Positions 1 to 9,439 of a stretch of DNA of 64,000 bases are shown here, one piece after another. How positions within the stretch are numbered: position 1 is the stretch's first letter; each line of letters starts with the position of its first letter. This stretch comes from Anaeromyxobacter sp. (GTDB lineage Bacteria > Myxococcota > Myxococcia > Myxococcales > Anaeromyxobacteraceae). A model generated the notes under the pieces. The model made no database searches. It saw only the letters and a program-made list of their open reading frames with translations, and had not been told where the DNA came from. The DNA lies in assembly GCA_049840735.1 (NCBI GenBank), contig JASGJN010000020.1, positions 544,001-608,000 of the forward strand. Direction: 5' to 3'. The translations under genes were made by a program, and so were the position numbers.

Positions 1-696
1 GTCGTGGCGCAGCCGGTCGTAGCCGGCGTCGTCCAGCGCCTCCTTGACCGCCGGATCGTCCAGGCCGGTCACCTCGACCGGCGGCCGCTCCGCGCCCACG
101 CCCGCGCTGGAGCCGGCCCAGGCCTCGTCGAAGAGGTACACGCGCTGCTTCAGCCGGTGGTAGACGCCGCGGAAGGTCCCCTCGCGGAAGATGGGCCAGG
201 TGACCGGGTAGACGCCGATCCCCAGCACGCTCTCCACCTCGCCGATCAGCTCGAAGGCGTCGCGCCCCGGGCGGTCCATCTTGTTCACGAAGGTGAAGAT
301 GGGGATGGCCCGCTGCCGGCAGACGCGGAAGAGCTTCCGGGTCTGCGCCTCGACGCCCTTGGCGCAGTCGAGCAGCATCACCGCCCCGTCCACCGCGTGC
401 AGGGTGCGGTAGGTGTCCTCGCTGAAGTCGGCGTGGCCGGGGGTGTCCAGCAGGTTCATCTGGAACCCGCGGTAGGGGAACTGGAGCACCGAGGTGGTGA
501 TGGAGATGCCGCGCTCCCGCTCCATCTCCATCCAGTCGGAGACGGCGCTGGACCGGCCGCGCTTGGCCTTGACCGCGCCGGCGAGCTGGATCACGCCGCC
601 GTACAGCAGCAGCTTCTCCGTCAGCGTGGTCTTGCCGGCGTCGGGGTGGGAGATGATGGCGAAGGTGCGGCGGCGCTCGATCTCGTGGCGGCTCAT
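1..696 (-). CDS. prfC: Peptide chain release factor 3, 5' portion (runs off the window edge)
   Basis: Read by hand from ATG at 696 on the minus strand: [34 protein letters not shown]...[21 protein letters not shown]...[19 protein letters not shown], the RF3 G-domain signature. Absent from the ORF track because it is truncated. Confidence 0.95.
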   Translation of the reverse strand, partial: MSRHEIERRRTFAIISHPDAGKTTLTEKLLLYGGVIQLAGAVKAKRGRSSAVSDWMEMERERGISITTSVLQFPYRGFQMNLLDTPGHADFSEDTYRTLHAVDGAVMLLDCAKGVEAQTRKLFRVCRQRAIPIFTFVNKMDRPGRDAFELIGEVESVLGIGVYPVTWPIFREGTFRGVYHRLKQRVYLFDEAWAGSSAGVGAERPPVEVTGLDDPAVKEALDDAGYDRLRHD

Positions 697-1023
697 GGTC
701 GGGTTGACGCGCCGGACCGGCCGGCGGACCGGCGGTTTCTAGCAGGCCCGGGGCCGCCTGGCGAGCCGATCGGCCAGGCTGCGGCCGCGGCGCCTGGCCG
801 CCCGCCCGCCGGAGGCTCGCGCTGGTGAGCAATCACACCGCGGCGGCCTGTCCCGGGAGGCCGGGACGCACGGCTGCGCCCGCTCCGCCCCGGGGAGGTC
901 CGGCCCCCAATGTGCGCCTGAACCCCGCGTCACGCGACCCGCGAGCCACCGGTCTTCACTCCGGGCGGAACGTACTCGCCGTGCACCCTCGATCCCCGGG
1001 GGTCTGACTCATGCGGAGGTCCA

Positions 1024-3223
1024 ATGACCCAGCTCACAGTCCCCCTGGACGCGTCTGCCGTGCAGGGGCTCGATCCGAAGCAAGCGGTGAAGGTCCTGCT
1101 CACCTCGCGCGGCAAGCCGGTGGCCTCGCACGCCGTGAGCTTCGAGAAGAAGCCGCAGGCCCAGGTGACCTTCCAGGTGGACGAGCGCGCCAGCGGCCTG
1201 CGCGTGCTGGTCGGCCCGGCCGAGGCCAGCGACGCCGAGCTGACCGGCCTGCAGACCATCGGCGTCGACGTCCCGCGCCGCAGGTTCGGGGGGAAGGAGC
1301 AGCTCGTGCTCCGCCATCCGCATCTCGCCCTTCTACTGGGCCTGGTGGCTGAGGTGGTGCCGGAGGTTCACCATCAGCGGCCGGCTGCTGTGCGCGGACG
1401 GGAGCCCGGTGCCGGGTGCCGTGGTCTGCGCCTACGACGTGGACGCCTGGTGGTGGTGGTGGAGCACGCAGCAGGTCGGCTGCGCGACCACCGACGCCAC
1501 CGGCTCGTTCACCTTGAGCTTCCGCTGGTGCTGCGGCTGGCTGCCGTGGTGGTGGTGGCGGCTGCGGCGCTGGACGGTGGAGCCCTGGCTGGCCCGGAAC
1601 ATCCTGGGCGCGCTCCAGCGGCAGCCCCGCATCCCGCGGCTCCCCATCCCCGAGCCGGATCCGGCGCCTGGCTTCTTCGAGCGGCTCCTCGGCGCTGCGG
1701 CCGCGGGCCCGCGCGCAGCCCCGGCCCTGCAGCCGGGCTGGGCGACGCACGCGAGCCACCCCGCCGCCGCGGCGCCCGTCGTGGCTCGCGCCGCGCGCGC
1801 CATGTTCGACCCTGCCCGGCTGGAGGCGGTGCGCGAGCGGCTGGCCGAGCTCGTGCCCGAGGTCCCGGCGCTGGCGGGCCTGCGGCTCTGGCCCTGGTGG
1901 CCGTGGCAGCCGTGGTGGGACTGCACCCCTGACATCGTGTTCCGGGCCACGCAGCAGTGCCACGGCGCGGAGCGCGTCATCGTGAGCGAGGGCCTGCAGT
2001 CGGTGCGCCGGGACATCCCCACCACGCTCGACGTCACCCTCACGGCGTCCGAAGAGGCCTGCTGCATCCCCACCGGCGACTGCGCGGAGGGGGACTGCCT
2101 GGCGCTGGCCAAGGTGTGTGGCTTCGACGCCGACGAGGTGGGCGGCAACCCCGGCGCGGCGCCGGCGCCGGCCGGCTACGCCCGCCCCAACCTGATCGCC
2201 AGCAACGGCGACGCGCCGTTCGCCGAGGTGGTGGAGATCCGCGGCACCGCGCAGTGCCTCACCGGGATTCGACTACTACAGATCCTGTTCAGCCCCGACG
2301 GCCTCACCTGGCTGCCGGTGCCCCCGGCGGCGCTCGGCACCTTCGCCCGCGAGTACTGGGACTTCGGCCTGGGCACCGACGTGGACGTCCCGTTCAGCGC
2401 GCAGGTCCCCATCGACGGGCACCACGTCTACGAGACGGTGGAGCACTACGAGGCCACCCACTCACCCGCCGACTGGGGCGGCGCCAAGGTCTGGCTGGGC
2501 ACCAACCTCGACATGATCGTCCCCTGGGTCACGAACCCCACCTTCGCCGACGGGACCTACCGCCTGAAGGTCGTCGGCTACACCGCGGCCGGCGGCGTGC
2601 TCACCAGCCAGGGCGTGCTGAAGGTGTGCGGGTCGGACGCCGACGCGCAGCTCACGGTGACCCTGGACAACCAGTCCACCTTCCCGCCGCCCGGTCCGCT
2701 CGACAACCCGTGCGGCCCCGGCACCAGCCACGCCTGCACCCGCGAGCCGGACACCGACATCGTGGACGTCCGGATCGTCCGGGCGGGCGGCGACACCGTG
2801 CCGGTCGGCGCCTGCGGAAACGTGAAGCTCGCCGCGGGAGACCAGCTCGAGGTGGACCTCGTGGCCCACGACGCGCAGGGCCACCTAGCCTCCTACTCCC
2901 TGGTCGCCACCTACGGGGAGAACCTGTCGCGCGACCTCCTGGCGCTCGGCGGTGTGCTCTCGCCGCTCGGAGGCGTCCCGGGGGTGCCCGCTGCGTCCCA
3001 GGTCGGCCCGGACTATGCCGCGGCCCGCACCGCGCCGCAGACGGCGGTCGCGCCCACCTGGACCGGCGGCGCCATCCGGCTCTCCATCCCGGCCGCGCTC
3101 GCCTTCCCCGAGACCTGCTGCTACCAGCTCGAGCTCCGGGCCTACAAGCGCACCATCGTCAGCTGCCAGGACAACAACGCCCACCAGAACCTGAGCGAGC
3201 GCAGCTTCCAGATCACGGTGTGA
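1024..3223 (+). CDS. Large Trp/Cys-rich hypothetical protein (~730 aa after joining one frameshift near 1310-1316)
   Basis: RBS GGAGG precedes ATG 1024. The first frame gives MTQLTVPLD...EQLVL and continues in the frame of ORF 1409..3223 as IRISPFYWAWWLRWCRRFTISGRLLCADGSPVPGAVVCAYDVDAWWWWWS. Codon usage is GC3-rich throughout. Confidence 0.75.
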
Positions 3224-3230
3224 GGGGGCC

Positions 3231-3521
3231 ATGACCGGGGTGACGCTGCTCATGGGCGTGCTGGCGACCTGGCGGCTCACCCACCTCGTGGTGGCGGAGG
3301 ACGGGCCATGGAACCTCGTGGCCCGCCTCCGCCTGCTGGCCGGCGCGGGCATGCTCGGCCAGCTGATGGACTGCTTCAAGTGCGCCAGCCTCTGGGTGTC
3401 GGTGCCGTTCGCGGCCTGGCTCTCGGGCGGCTGGCGCGAGGGCGGCCTCGCCTGGCTGGCGTTCTCGGGCGGAGCCATCCTGCTGGAGCGCCTCGCGCAG
3501 GCGCCCGGCGGGGACCACTGA
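3231..3521 (+). CDS. DUF1360-like small membrane protein
   Basis: LATWRLTHLVVAEDGP...LR...GQLMDCFKCASLWV matches the DUF1360 pattern (R-L-T-x-L...D...L-x-x-C-x-x-C-x-S-x-W), with hydrophobic helices. Starts 7 nt after the upstream stop. Confidence 0.75.
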   Translation: MTGVTLLMGVLATWRLTHLVVAEDGPWNLVARLRLLAGAGMLGQLMDCFKCASLWVSVPFAAWLSGGWREGGLAWLAFSGGAILLERLAQAPGGDH

Positions 3522-3537
3522 CGCGGAGGGACGGACC

Positions 3538-3804
3538 ATGTGCTGCGGAAGCAACAGGGAGGCGGCGCGCGCCGCCGCGATGGCGGCCGGTGCGGGGCGC
3601 TCCCAGCCGGCCGGCGCGCCGGCGGGGAGCCCGGCCACCTCGGTGATCGATCGTTCGAGTACCTGGGGACCGGCGCGGTGACGATCACCGGACCGGTGAG
3701 CGGGCGGGCCTACCGGTTCGCCGGGACCGGCGACCGCGTGCGGGTCGACGCGCGGGACCGCCCCGGGCTGGCAGGACTGGGCACGCTGCGCTGGCTGCGC
3801 GTAG
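3538..3804 (+). CDS. Small hypothetical protein starting MCCG (frameshift near 3645-3655; end approximate)
   Basis: RBS GGAGGG at 3525-3530, then ATG TGC TGC GGA (MCCGSNREAARAAA...). It continues in another frame as FEYLGTGAVTITGPVSGRAYRFAGTGDRVRVDARDRPGLAGLGTLRWLR. Confidence 0.6.
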
Positions 3805-3872
3805 ACGACCGTGCGCGGTTCGGGATCAGCTACGCTGTCCCGAACCGCGACGGCCGTCTAGCAGATCGCACC

Positions 3873-3936
3873 GGGGGCTGCGCCCCCGCCCCGCCGGCGG
3901 AGCCGTCCGGGCCCCACCCCTGCTGCGCTGGGTCCC
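3873..3936. repeat. Intergenic palindromic repeat, family B (GGGGGCTGCGCCCC...GGGCCCCACCCCTGCTGCGC)
   Basis: Nearly identical flanks at 62857-62930; partial copies at ~4000-4044 and ~63017-63040. Confidence 0.7.
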
Positions 3937-4083
3937 GCCGCGCTGCGGGCCGGATCATCCAGACAGTGGACTGGGCCCTTGCGCGGCACCCAGCGTCGAG
4001 GGGCTGCGCCCCTCCCCCAGCTGCGCTGGGGCCCCCACCCTGCCACGTGCCTCCGATTCACGACCGCTCGTCCAGCCGGGCCC

Positions 4084-5686
4084 TCAGGCGCCGGAAGTCG
4101 AGGTCGCCGCCGGGGTGGCGGACGAGGCCTGGAGCCGGCGCGCCTCGGCGCTGATGGCCGGGAAGGTCCGCCCGCCGGCGACCGCGGCGGTGCAGGCCAC
4201 GCCGCCCATGAGCGCGCCCACGATCCCCAACACGGCGGCATCCGCGCCGGTCAGGAAGAGCCCGGGCACGGGCGTGCGCGGCTGGAGCCAGCGCTGCCGG
4301 AACCGCTCCGGCGTGCCCGGCAGCCCGTAGAATCTCGCCGCCCGGGTGCGCGGTGAACCCCTCGCTGGAGAGCGGCGTGGAGAGCTCCTGGTGGACCACC
4401 AGCCCGCGCAGCCCGGGGAGCCGCGCCTCGGCGGCGGCCAGCAGCGCCTCCGCGATCCTGGCCTTCTGGGCCTCGTACTCGGCCCCGCGCCTCTTCCAGG
4501 CGGAGCCCGCCCAGCGCGCGAAGGCGGCGCCGTCCACGCTGGTGATGAGCTCGGCGGTGTGGGCCCGGGCGGCCGGGTCCTTCATGGAGGGGAAGGACAG
4601 GTAGCACTGCGGCACGCGCCCCTCCAGCACGCCGCTGCGGTCCGCCCAGGCCGCGTCGTGGTCGAGCCCCTGGTGCAGCCAGAAGTTCTCGCCCCGCACG
4701 CCCAGCTCGGCCGGAGAGCGCGACAGCCCGAGGTAGAGCGTCACCGCGGCCATGCTGGGCGGGAAGGCGCGCAGGGTCTCGCGGAAGGGGATGGGCACCT
4801 CGTCGCCCAGCAGCCGGAGGAAGGTGTTGCGCGCGCCGGCGTCGGAGATGACCACCGGCGCCCGGACCTCCTCGCCCGCCGCGAGCCTGACGCCCACGGC
4901 GCGCCCGCCCTCCACCAGGATGCGCGCCACCTCGGCGCGGACGCGGACCTCCCCGCCCGCCGCCTCGATCACCCTGCGCGCGCCGTCCGCCAGCGAGGCC
5001 GCGGAGCCCTCCGGGTAGGCCGCGCCCTCCAGGTAGTGCTGCGCGATCACCGCCTGCATCAGGAAGGCCCCCTGCCCCGGCGGCAGCCCGTGATCGCCCC
5101 AGCGCGCCCCCAGCACCGCCCGCAGCCGCGGGTCGCGGACGTGCGCGGCCAGCCAGTCGCCGGTGGTCTGCAGCGCCAGCCGCTCGCGCCCGGCCAGCAG
5201 CCACCCCACCGCCGCCGCCACCGGCCGCGGCGCGGCGCTGCGGAGGATGGGCAGCGCCATGACCGCCTGGACCTTGCGCACGTCGCTGAACCAGCGGTCG
5301 ATGGCCTTCCGCTCGGCCGGGAAGGCCGCGACCAGGTCGTCGCGCTGGTTCCGCGCGCCAGCCCGGTAGGTGAACTCGAAGCCCGGGAAGACCAGCCGGT
5401 CGAACCCCTCCGGCATGGGGTTCCAGCGGACCGTGCCGCCCGTGACCACCGCCATGGCGTCGCGGGGCATGCCCGGCTCCAGCATGCCACCCACGTAGTG
5501 GAGCCCCACGTCCCAGCGGAAGCCGCCCGGGCGCTCGAAGGTGTGCGTGAAGCCCCCTGCCCGCCAGTGGCGCTCCAGCACCAGCACCCGGCGCCCGTGC
5601 AGCCGCGCCAGCAGCGCCGCCGCGGCCAGCCCGCCCATCCCCGACCCGATCACCACCGCGTCCCAGCCGCCGCTCGCCTGAGCCAT
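4084..5686 (-). CDS. CrtI/retinol saturase-like NAD(P)/FAD-dependent oxidoreductase (frameshift near 4330)
   Basis: N-terminal VVIGSGMGGL dinucleotide-binding motif, LERH..AGGFTHTF, WDVGLHY and STPLS. The C-terminal TPVPGLFLTGAD...GIVGA lies in a second frame. Confidence 0.85.
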
Positions 5687-5792
5687 CACCGCTCCCCGCC
5701 GGGCGCCGCGCGCCCGAGCCTGCAGTCATCATGCCTCGTCGCGGCCGCGCCCGCTCGGCCCGCGCTGCCGGCGACCTGGCCGGCGGCGCCGG

Positions 5793-7226
5793 TCACGGCT
5801 GCGCCGGCACCGCGCAGCGCGCCGCCTCGTCCGCGCCGAGCAGCACCCCCTCGCGGAGCAGCCGCAGGTTGACGGCGGACCGGACGTCGGACGGGTCGAG
5901 CCGCAGCGCCTCGCGCAGGGCGGCCTCGGCCTCCTCCGGGCGGCAGGCGTGGGCCAGCGCCCAGCCCAGGTTGGCGTGGGCGCGCGGGTTGTGCGGCGCC
6001 TTCTCCACCACGTCGCTCCAGAAGGTCACCTCATCCCGGTAGACCTGGCTGCGGACCGCGGTCACCACCCCCAGCGCCAGGAGCAGCGCCGCCACGCCGG
6101 CGCGGACCGCGCTGGAGCGCAGCGCCACGGCGTGCAGCGCCACCGCCGCCGCCCAGGCGGGCCCGAGCAACGCCAGGTAGAGCTGCCGCTCGCTGGCCGG
6201 CTCCGGGCGGGGCAGCCACCACCCCTGCGGCGCCAGCCAGAGCAGGAACCAGAGCACCGCGAAGCCGGCCACCGCGGCGCCCCCGCCGGCCCGCCGGCGC
6301 AGCCCGGCCAGCGCCAGCGCGGCGAGCAGGCCCAGGGCGGCCAGCGCCGCCACCGAGGCGGCGTCCGGCGCGAGCACCGCCCGGAGCGCCGGGTCGGCCA
6401 CCAGCCGGTGGGGACGGACCAGCTGCCCGGCCAGCCAGAGCGTGGCCTCGGCGTGCGTGAGCAGGTTCGCGAGCGGCCCGCGCAGCGCCAGGCTGCGCGT
6501 CATCATCCGCGCGTAGACCGGCGAGCCCAGCAGCAGCGCCGCCCCCCCGGCCAGCACCAGCCAGTGGACCGCGGTGGAGCCGAGCGCCGCCCGCCAGGAA
6601 CGGCCCGGTCGCCGGTCGAGCGCCTCGCACAGGAGCAGCGCGGGCGGCACGGCCAGCGCGCCCTCCTTCACCCCCAGCGCCAGCACCATGAGCGCCGGGG
6701 AGAGCAGGTAGACGCGCACCCAGCTGCCGCGCTCCCGGCCCGCCACGTGGGCCAGCAGGGAGGCCAGCGAGAGCGCCCCGCAGAGCGCGCTGGAGCGGCC
6801 GGAGACGTAGGTCACCGCCTCGACCTGGACCGGGTGGAGCGCGAAGAGGAGCGCGCCCACCACCGCCGCGGTGGGCGGCAGGGCCGGCCTCAGGCGCCGC
6901 CCCAGGCGGTCCAGCAGCGCCAGCGCCAGCAGGGCCGCCGCCACGTGCACCGCCAGGTTGACCGCGTGCTGCCCTGGCAGCCCCCAGCCCAGCTGGTGGT
7001 CCAGCGCGTAGGTGAGCTTCAGCAGCGGCCGGATGCCCGGCATCGAGGCCCACCACGCACCCAGGGACTGGACCCGCGCGTCCCCCTCGATCACCGCGAA
7101 GTCGTCGAACTGCAGCTGGCCCGCGAACGACGTGGCGTGCGCCGCGGCCGTGGCCAGCACCACCGCCACCCGGGCCGACGGCGGGACCGCGGGCGGCGCC
7201 CCGGCGCCGGTCCCCTGGTCAGCCAC
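5793..7226 (-). CDS. Polytopic membrane protein with C-terminal TPR (TMTC/GT-C-like)
   Basis: QFDD loop, IRPL, HAVNLAVH, LFALHPVQVEAVTYVSGRS, KE and ERQLYL motifs, followed by a TPR (PRAHANLGWAL...EALRLDP). Confidence 0.8.
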   Translation of the reverse strand: MADQGTGAGAPPAVPPSARVAVVLATAAAHATSFAGQLQFDDFAVIEGDARVQSLGAWWASMPGIRPLLKLTYALDHQLGWGLPGQHAVNLAVHVAAALLALALLDRLGRRLRPALPPTAAVVGALLFALHPVQVEAVTYVSGRSSALCGALSLASLLAHVAGRERGSWVRVYLLSPALMVLALGVKEGALAVPPALLLCEALDRRPGRSWRAALGSTAVHWLVLAGGAALLLGSPVYARMMTRSLALRGPLANLLTHAEATLWLAGQLVRPHRLVADPALRAVLAPDAASVAALAALGLLAALALAGLRRRAGGGAAVAGFAVLWFLLWLAPQGWWLPRPEPASERQLYLALLGPAWAAAVALHAVALRSSAVRAGVAALLLALGVVTAVRSQVYRDEVTFWSDVVEKAPHNPRAHANLGWALAHACRPEEAEAALREALRLDPSDVRSAVNLRLLREGVLLGADEAARCAVPAQP

Positions 7227-8049
7227 CGTGGCGCGCCTCGTCGAACCCGGCCTCGAGCAGCGCCGCCGCGGTCCACCAGCGATCCGGGGCGTCCAGCAAC
7301 ACCACCAGCACCTCCACCCCCTCGCGCTCGGCCCGGGCCACCACGCAGCGCCCCGCGCCCGGCGTGTAGCCGCTCTTCACGCCGTCCGCGCCGCGGAGAC
7401 GCCCCAGCAGCGCGTTGTGCGTGCGCAGCGTGAAGGTCCGGCCGGCGCGGGTGGTCACCTGCGCCCCCTGCAGCGCCGCGATGCGCCGCAGCTCCGGGAC
7501 GGCGAGCGCGGTGCGGGTCAGGACCAGCAGGTCGGCGGCGGTGGCCTGGTGCCCGCGCGCGTCGTGGCCGCACGGATCGGCGAAGTGGGTGCGCGCCAGC
7601 CCCAGCGCCCTCGCCCGGGCGTTCATCCGCTCCAGGAACCCGGACACGCTGCCGCCCACGCCCTCGGCCAGCACCACGCAGGCGTCGTTGGACGAGGACA
7701 CGAGCGTGGCGGTGAGCGCATCCTGCAGCGTGAGCGCGTCGCCGGCGGTCAGCCCCAGCCGGCTGCCGGTCTCGGCGGCGGCGCGCCGGCTCACCGGCAG
7801 CCAGGTCCCGGGGCCGCGGCCGGACTCGGCCACCAGCAGCGCGGTCATGATCTTCGTCAGCGACGCGGGGGCCCGCGGCACGTCGGCCGCGCGCGCCCAG
7901 ACCACCTCCCCGTTCACGGCCACCACGTACGAGGCCGCGGCCCGCGGGAAGCGGTCGGGCGGCGCGGCGCGCGGCGACGCCGGCGCCAGGGCCAGCGCCG
8001 CCGCGAGCACAGCCGTGAAGCAGCGGACGGCGGGAGCGGGAGTCCGCAC
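7219..8049 (-). CDS. D-alanyl-D-alanine carboxypeptidase (peptidase S11)
   Basis: Signal peptide; ASLTK (SxxK), SSN (SxN) and KSG motifs. Confidence 0.9.
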   Translation of the reverse strand: MRTPAPAVRCFTAVLAAALALAPASPRAAPPDRFPRAAASYVVAVNGEVVWARAADVPRAPASLTKIMTALLVAESGRGPGTWLPVSRRAAAETGSRLGLTAGDALTLQDALTATLVSSSNDACVVLAEGVGGSVSGFLERMNARARALGLARTHFADPCGHDARGHQATAADLLVLTRTALAVPELRRIAALQGAQVTTRAGRTFTLRTHNALLGRLRGADGVKSGYTPGAGRCVVARAEREGVEVLVVLLDAPDRWWTAAALLEAGFDEARHGG

Positions 8050-8050
8050 C

Positions 8051-9043
8051 CTAGCGACCGAAGAACCCCTTCAGCAGCTTCTTGCCCTGGTTGACCGCCT
8101 CGTCCTTCGCGTCCGGCTTGCCCTTGGCGGGCTCGGCCGCCGCCCCCTTCTTCGGCGGCGCCAGCTCCTCCGCGCTCAGCACCTCGCGGGCGTAGCGCAC
8201 GCAGAAGTCGGACATGGGCGGCTGCATGCCGGTGAAGGCCCGGCCGGCGCACTCCGCCTTGGCCAGCGTGCGGGCCTCCTCCGGGCAGCTCTGGCCCACG
8301 AAGTCGAGCGCCGCCCCGTCCGGCCGGGCCGCGTCGCGCGCGGCGTCCGGGCACAGCTTCTTCTGCACCTGCGCGGCGCTGGCCTTGCACAGCTGGCCGA
8401 TCTGCTGCAGCCCCTGCTCGCCCTGCTTGCTCGCGACCTGGAACCCCTCGCGAGTCTGCCAGCGCGCGCAGAAGGACTGGGCCATCGCCGGCTCCTTGCA
8501 GAGCGCGTACGGGCCGGAGAAGAGCTGGACCGACATCTCCTTCTCGCCCTGGGCGCAGAGCTGCTTCATCGAGTCGGCCTGCTGCTGCTGCGCCGCCGCG
8601 GCCTGCGCCTGCATCCCCGCCACCTGGCGCTTCATCGCGCCGGCGTCGCAGGCCTGGCCCAGGTTCTTCCCGGAGATCTTGACGCTCATCTCGCCCATCT
8701 CGCTGGAGCGCATGGTCATGAGGCCGTCGAAGGCCTTGGGGCCGTAGGTGATCTGCCCCTCGCCGCTCATGGCGTGGTCCCCCTGGCAGACCATGGTCCA
8801 GCTCATCTTCTTGCCGTCGTTCTTCAGGTTCTCCATCCGGCAGTCGGACTTCTGGTCCTTGGGCTGCGGCGGCTCCTTGAGGCCATCCTTGGGGGCGCAG
8901 AAGGTGCTGGTCGTGGGAGGCACGGCCATGCCCTTCATCTGCACCTGGGAGGTGTGCTCCCACAGGGTCCCGGGCTCGGACTGGGCAGCGGCTGGGAGGG
9001 CGAAGGCGGCGAGCGCAGCGAGGAACCAGCGGGTGGGATGCAT
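8051..9043 (-). CDS. Secreted DUF3617-like, Cys-rich protein
   Basis: Signal peptide MHPTRWFLAALAAFALPAAA, then PGTLWEHTSQ...C...DC...WTMVC...GKNLGQAC, with a Cys-spaced helical C-terminus. Alternative start at 9058. Confidence 0.7.
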   Translation of the reverse strand: MHPTRWFLAALAAFALPAAAQSEPGTLWEHTSQVQMKGMAVPPTTSTFCAPKDGLKEPPQPKDQKSDCRMENLKNDGKKMSWTMVCQGDHAMSGEGQITYGPKAFDGLMTMRSSEMGEMSVKISGKNLGQACDAGAMKRQVAGMQAQAAAAQQQQADSMKQLCAQGEKEMSVQLFSGPYALCKEPAMAQSFCARWQTREGFQVASKQGEQGLQQIGQLCKASAAQVQKKLCPDAARDAARPDGAALDFVGQSCPEEARTLAKAECAGRAFTGMQPPMSDFCVRYAREVLSAEELAPPKKGAAAEPAKGKPDAKDEAVNQGKKLLKGFFGR

Positions 9044-9439
9044 GAAGGAACAGGACATTGCGGGACCCCCGTGACCGACGCCGAAACACTCGGCGCCTGG
9101 CGACGCGGAAAAAGAGACCACATGTCCGGCCTGCCGTCGACGTCCTGACGCCGGGAGGTCGCCGGACGCCGCAGGGCTGGGCCGCGGCGTGGAAATCCGG
9201 GTGCGTCCCCGGGACCGCGCGCAGGCCCGTAAACGGCCAGAATCCCTGGCCCCGACCACCTCAGCCCGCGACCTTCGGCCGCGAGCCGCCGCGTTGTGCG
9301 CACCCGATCGCGGATCCGTCGAGATGGTCACCATCCGCCGCGCTCGCCAGACTGCGCGCCACGCGTGGACCGGGAGCTGCTCTCGCGGGGTCGGGGCCCC
9401 GCGCGACGCCCGCCTGCCACGCCTCAACGGGAGCGTGGG

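Noticed and set aside
4084..5686. Carotenoid or photosynthesis gene cluster linked to the cbb genes
   Set aside because: A lone CrtI-like oxidoreductase with no crtB, bch or puf genes in the window.
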